From Octopus sinensis (taxonomy: Eukaryota): a stretch of DNA of 64,000 nt. A model generated the notes under the pieces. That model was not told the DNA's origin, made no database searches, and saw nothing but the letters and a program-made list of their open reading frames with translations. The DNA is taken from NCBI RefSeq assembly GCF_006345805.1, contig NC_043004.1, forward strand, positions 103,354,001 to 103,418,000, given 5' to 3'. This document shows positions 61,936-64,000 of this stretch, piece by piece (position 1 is the first letter of the stretch; each line of letters opens with the position of its first letter). The position numbers and the translations under genes were made by a program.

Positions 61936-62602
61936 TGGGAAAAATCTGAATGAATCCTTAAAACAGAAAGCAAAAACTCCACACATATTTCATTTGGTCT
62001 TTTATTCCGTCTATATTCAGTTGTCTCTGAATTAATGTATCTTCTGGCAACTGAATTCATTTACTGACAGAACTATTCTAGAATTTGTAATGTCATTGTT
62101 AGTAATTAAAATTATCAGCTGACAGCTGATGGTTTCATAGACAGCATACTGAGATTGAGTTGACTGTACTTACAGGTACAATCATCTTAATATGAAGATG
62201 GTTCTATCAAATCTCTAATCTCACTTACCATTAAACACATACAAACACACACATATAATATATACACTATATTCCATAGTCTAGTGTCAAAATAATCATC
62301 ATTTTCTTTACATGGTTTTTTTATTGGGATATTTCCAAATCTATCCTAAATTTTATATCAGTTCCTATACTGTAATGAATTGCAATTGGCTGTGACCTCC
62401 AAAAGACAATGTTTTTATTTTGTTGCTTTTTATGACTTGCTGCTGTTGTTATTATCCATACTTGGGGTTAGGGTGAATCTGGGTTTGTTATCTTCAATTT
62501 CATTTGAACTTAAAGATATTCCAGAAGGAGTTTAAATTATTTTGAAGATTGTCATCATAGATATTGTTGTTGTTGATTAATCAATTATGGTGGTGTTGAT
62601 TA

Positions 62603-62608
62603 AATAAA
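62603..62608 (+). terminator. Candidate polyadenylation signal AATAAA
   Basis: Hexamer about 670 nt after the stop in non-repeat 3'UTR-like sequence. Confidence 0.3.
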
Positions 62609-63519
62609 CTACATGCTATCTTTAAATTTTACTGCCTTGTTAGGAACCATTATCATTATTTGTCTCATTAGCCAAATGGATAAGATTCTAGTGTTTTCTT
62701 TGCTTAGATGTTCCTGTCATGATCTTATTTGCTTGACCCTTGATTATTAGAGAAATTGATATTTATCATTGTGATATCATCACCTTTTAATGTCCACTTT
62801 TCCATGCTTGCATGGGTCAGACAGAGTTTATTGAGGCAGATTTTGTACAGTTGGATGCCCTTCCTGTCATCAACCCTCACTTGTTCCCAAGTAAGGTAAT
62901 ATTTCCCTATGGCCTGACATGTTTTCACAGAATATTGGGAACAAACAACTGTTTGTATGATGGTAACACTTAGTTACGACTATTACGTTATGCCAGGACA
63001 AAGAGGCACAAACACACACATGCACCTATATAAATATATATATACTTTGGGCTTCTTTTAGTTTCCATCCACTAAATCCAAAATCCACTCGCAAGGCTTT
63101 GGATGGTCTTGGGCTATAGTATGAGACATTTACCTAAGATACTACACAGTGGGACTGAACCTGAAACCATATGGTTGGAAAGCCAACTTCTTAACCATAC
63201 ATTTTCTGTCAGACCTTTTCATTGCATGGTGTATCGATGAGACTTTTGTTGGCTATTAGGGTGTACTCTTATAGTTGGTGTATGACACCCCACTGTACTC
63301 TTCCTTCTGTACTTCATTATCCTTTGACACTTTTAACATCAAAGTACTTGCAGATTAAAACTCTGCCATTTTCCCATAACCTGCTACAAACACTCATCTT
63401 ATTCACATGTAATTTGGACACTTCTCCCACTAAACATACAACTTCCTCCATGAACACTTAAGCTTGAAAACATCCTTGAATGGAGATATGGCTCTGGGGT
63501 AGTTAAAGAAACATTTGCC

Positions 63520-63935
63520 ACACAATATTTCGAGTGTGATCGTTACCAGTGTCGCCCTACTGGCACTTGTGCGCTGTGCAAGTGGGTTGCTAAGAGCACC
63601 ATCTGAACGTGATCGTTGCCAGAGCGGTTAACTGGCTTCTGTGCTGGTGGCACGTAAAAGGCACCATTTGAGTGTGATTGTTACCAGCGTCACCTTACTG
63701 GCACATGAAAAACATTCGAGCGTGGTCGTTGCCAGTACCGCCTGACTGGCCCCCGTGCCGGTGGCATGTAAAAGCACCCACTACACTCTCGGATTGGTTG
63801 GCGTTAGGAAGGGCATCCAGCTGTAGAAACTCTGACAAATCAGATTGGAGCCTGGTGCAGCCATCTGGTTCGCCAGTCCTCAGTCAAATCGTCCAACCCA
63901 TGCCAACATGGAAAGCGGACGTTAAACAATGATGA
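63520..63935 (+). mobile_element. RTE 3'UTR/tail copy
   Basis: Same tail. Confidence 0.82.
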
Positions 63936-64000
63936 TATATATATACATATATATATATTGTGGTACGTGAAGGTGCATGGCTTAGCGGTTAGGATATTTA

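Overview
AT-rich, repeat-dense animal DNA. The SINE/RTE repeat families look like those of an octopus or related coleoid cephalopod; this is inference from recognition, not a search result. The window is dominated by one + strand gene, an MDC1 orthologue. I assembled it by hand into 20 coding exons (13538-61935, 4491 nt including stop, about 1496 aa) with every junction in phase: N-terminal TQ motif and FHA domain, long low-complexity middle, C-terminal tandem BRCT. The model needs two non-canonical introns, a GC-AG intron (34266-38112) and a U12-type AT-AC last intron (58849-61838). Its introns hold three unrelated hammerhead-ribozyme-like motifs, two of them inside head-to-head palindromic elements (33.6-34.1 kb, with tRNA-derived heads, and 52.9-53.0 kb). 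Other elements: a decayed Buster/Charlie-type hAT, four Helitron MITEs, a solo LTR, a 5'-truncated RTE LINE plus many tail copies and other RTE lineages, an internally deleted mariner, piggyBac-type MITEs, a MITE with an 8-bp TSD, a 46-bp minisatellite, at least four tRNA-SINE families and microsatellites. Most ORFs in the supplied track are repeat artefacts. Repeat boundaries are approximate unless TIR or TSD positions are given.
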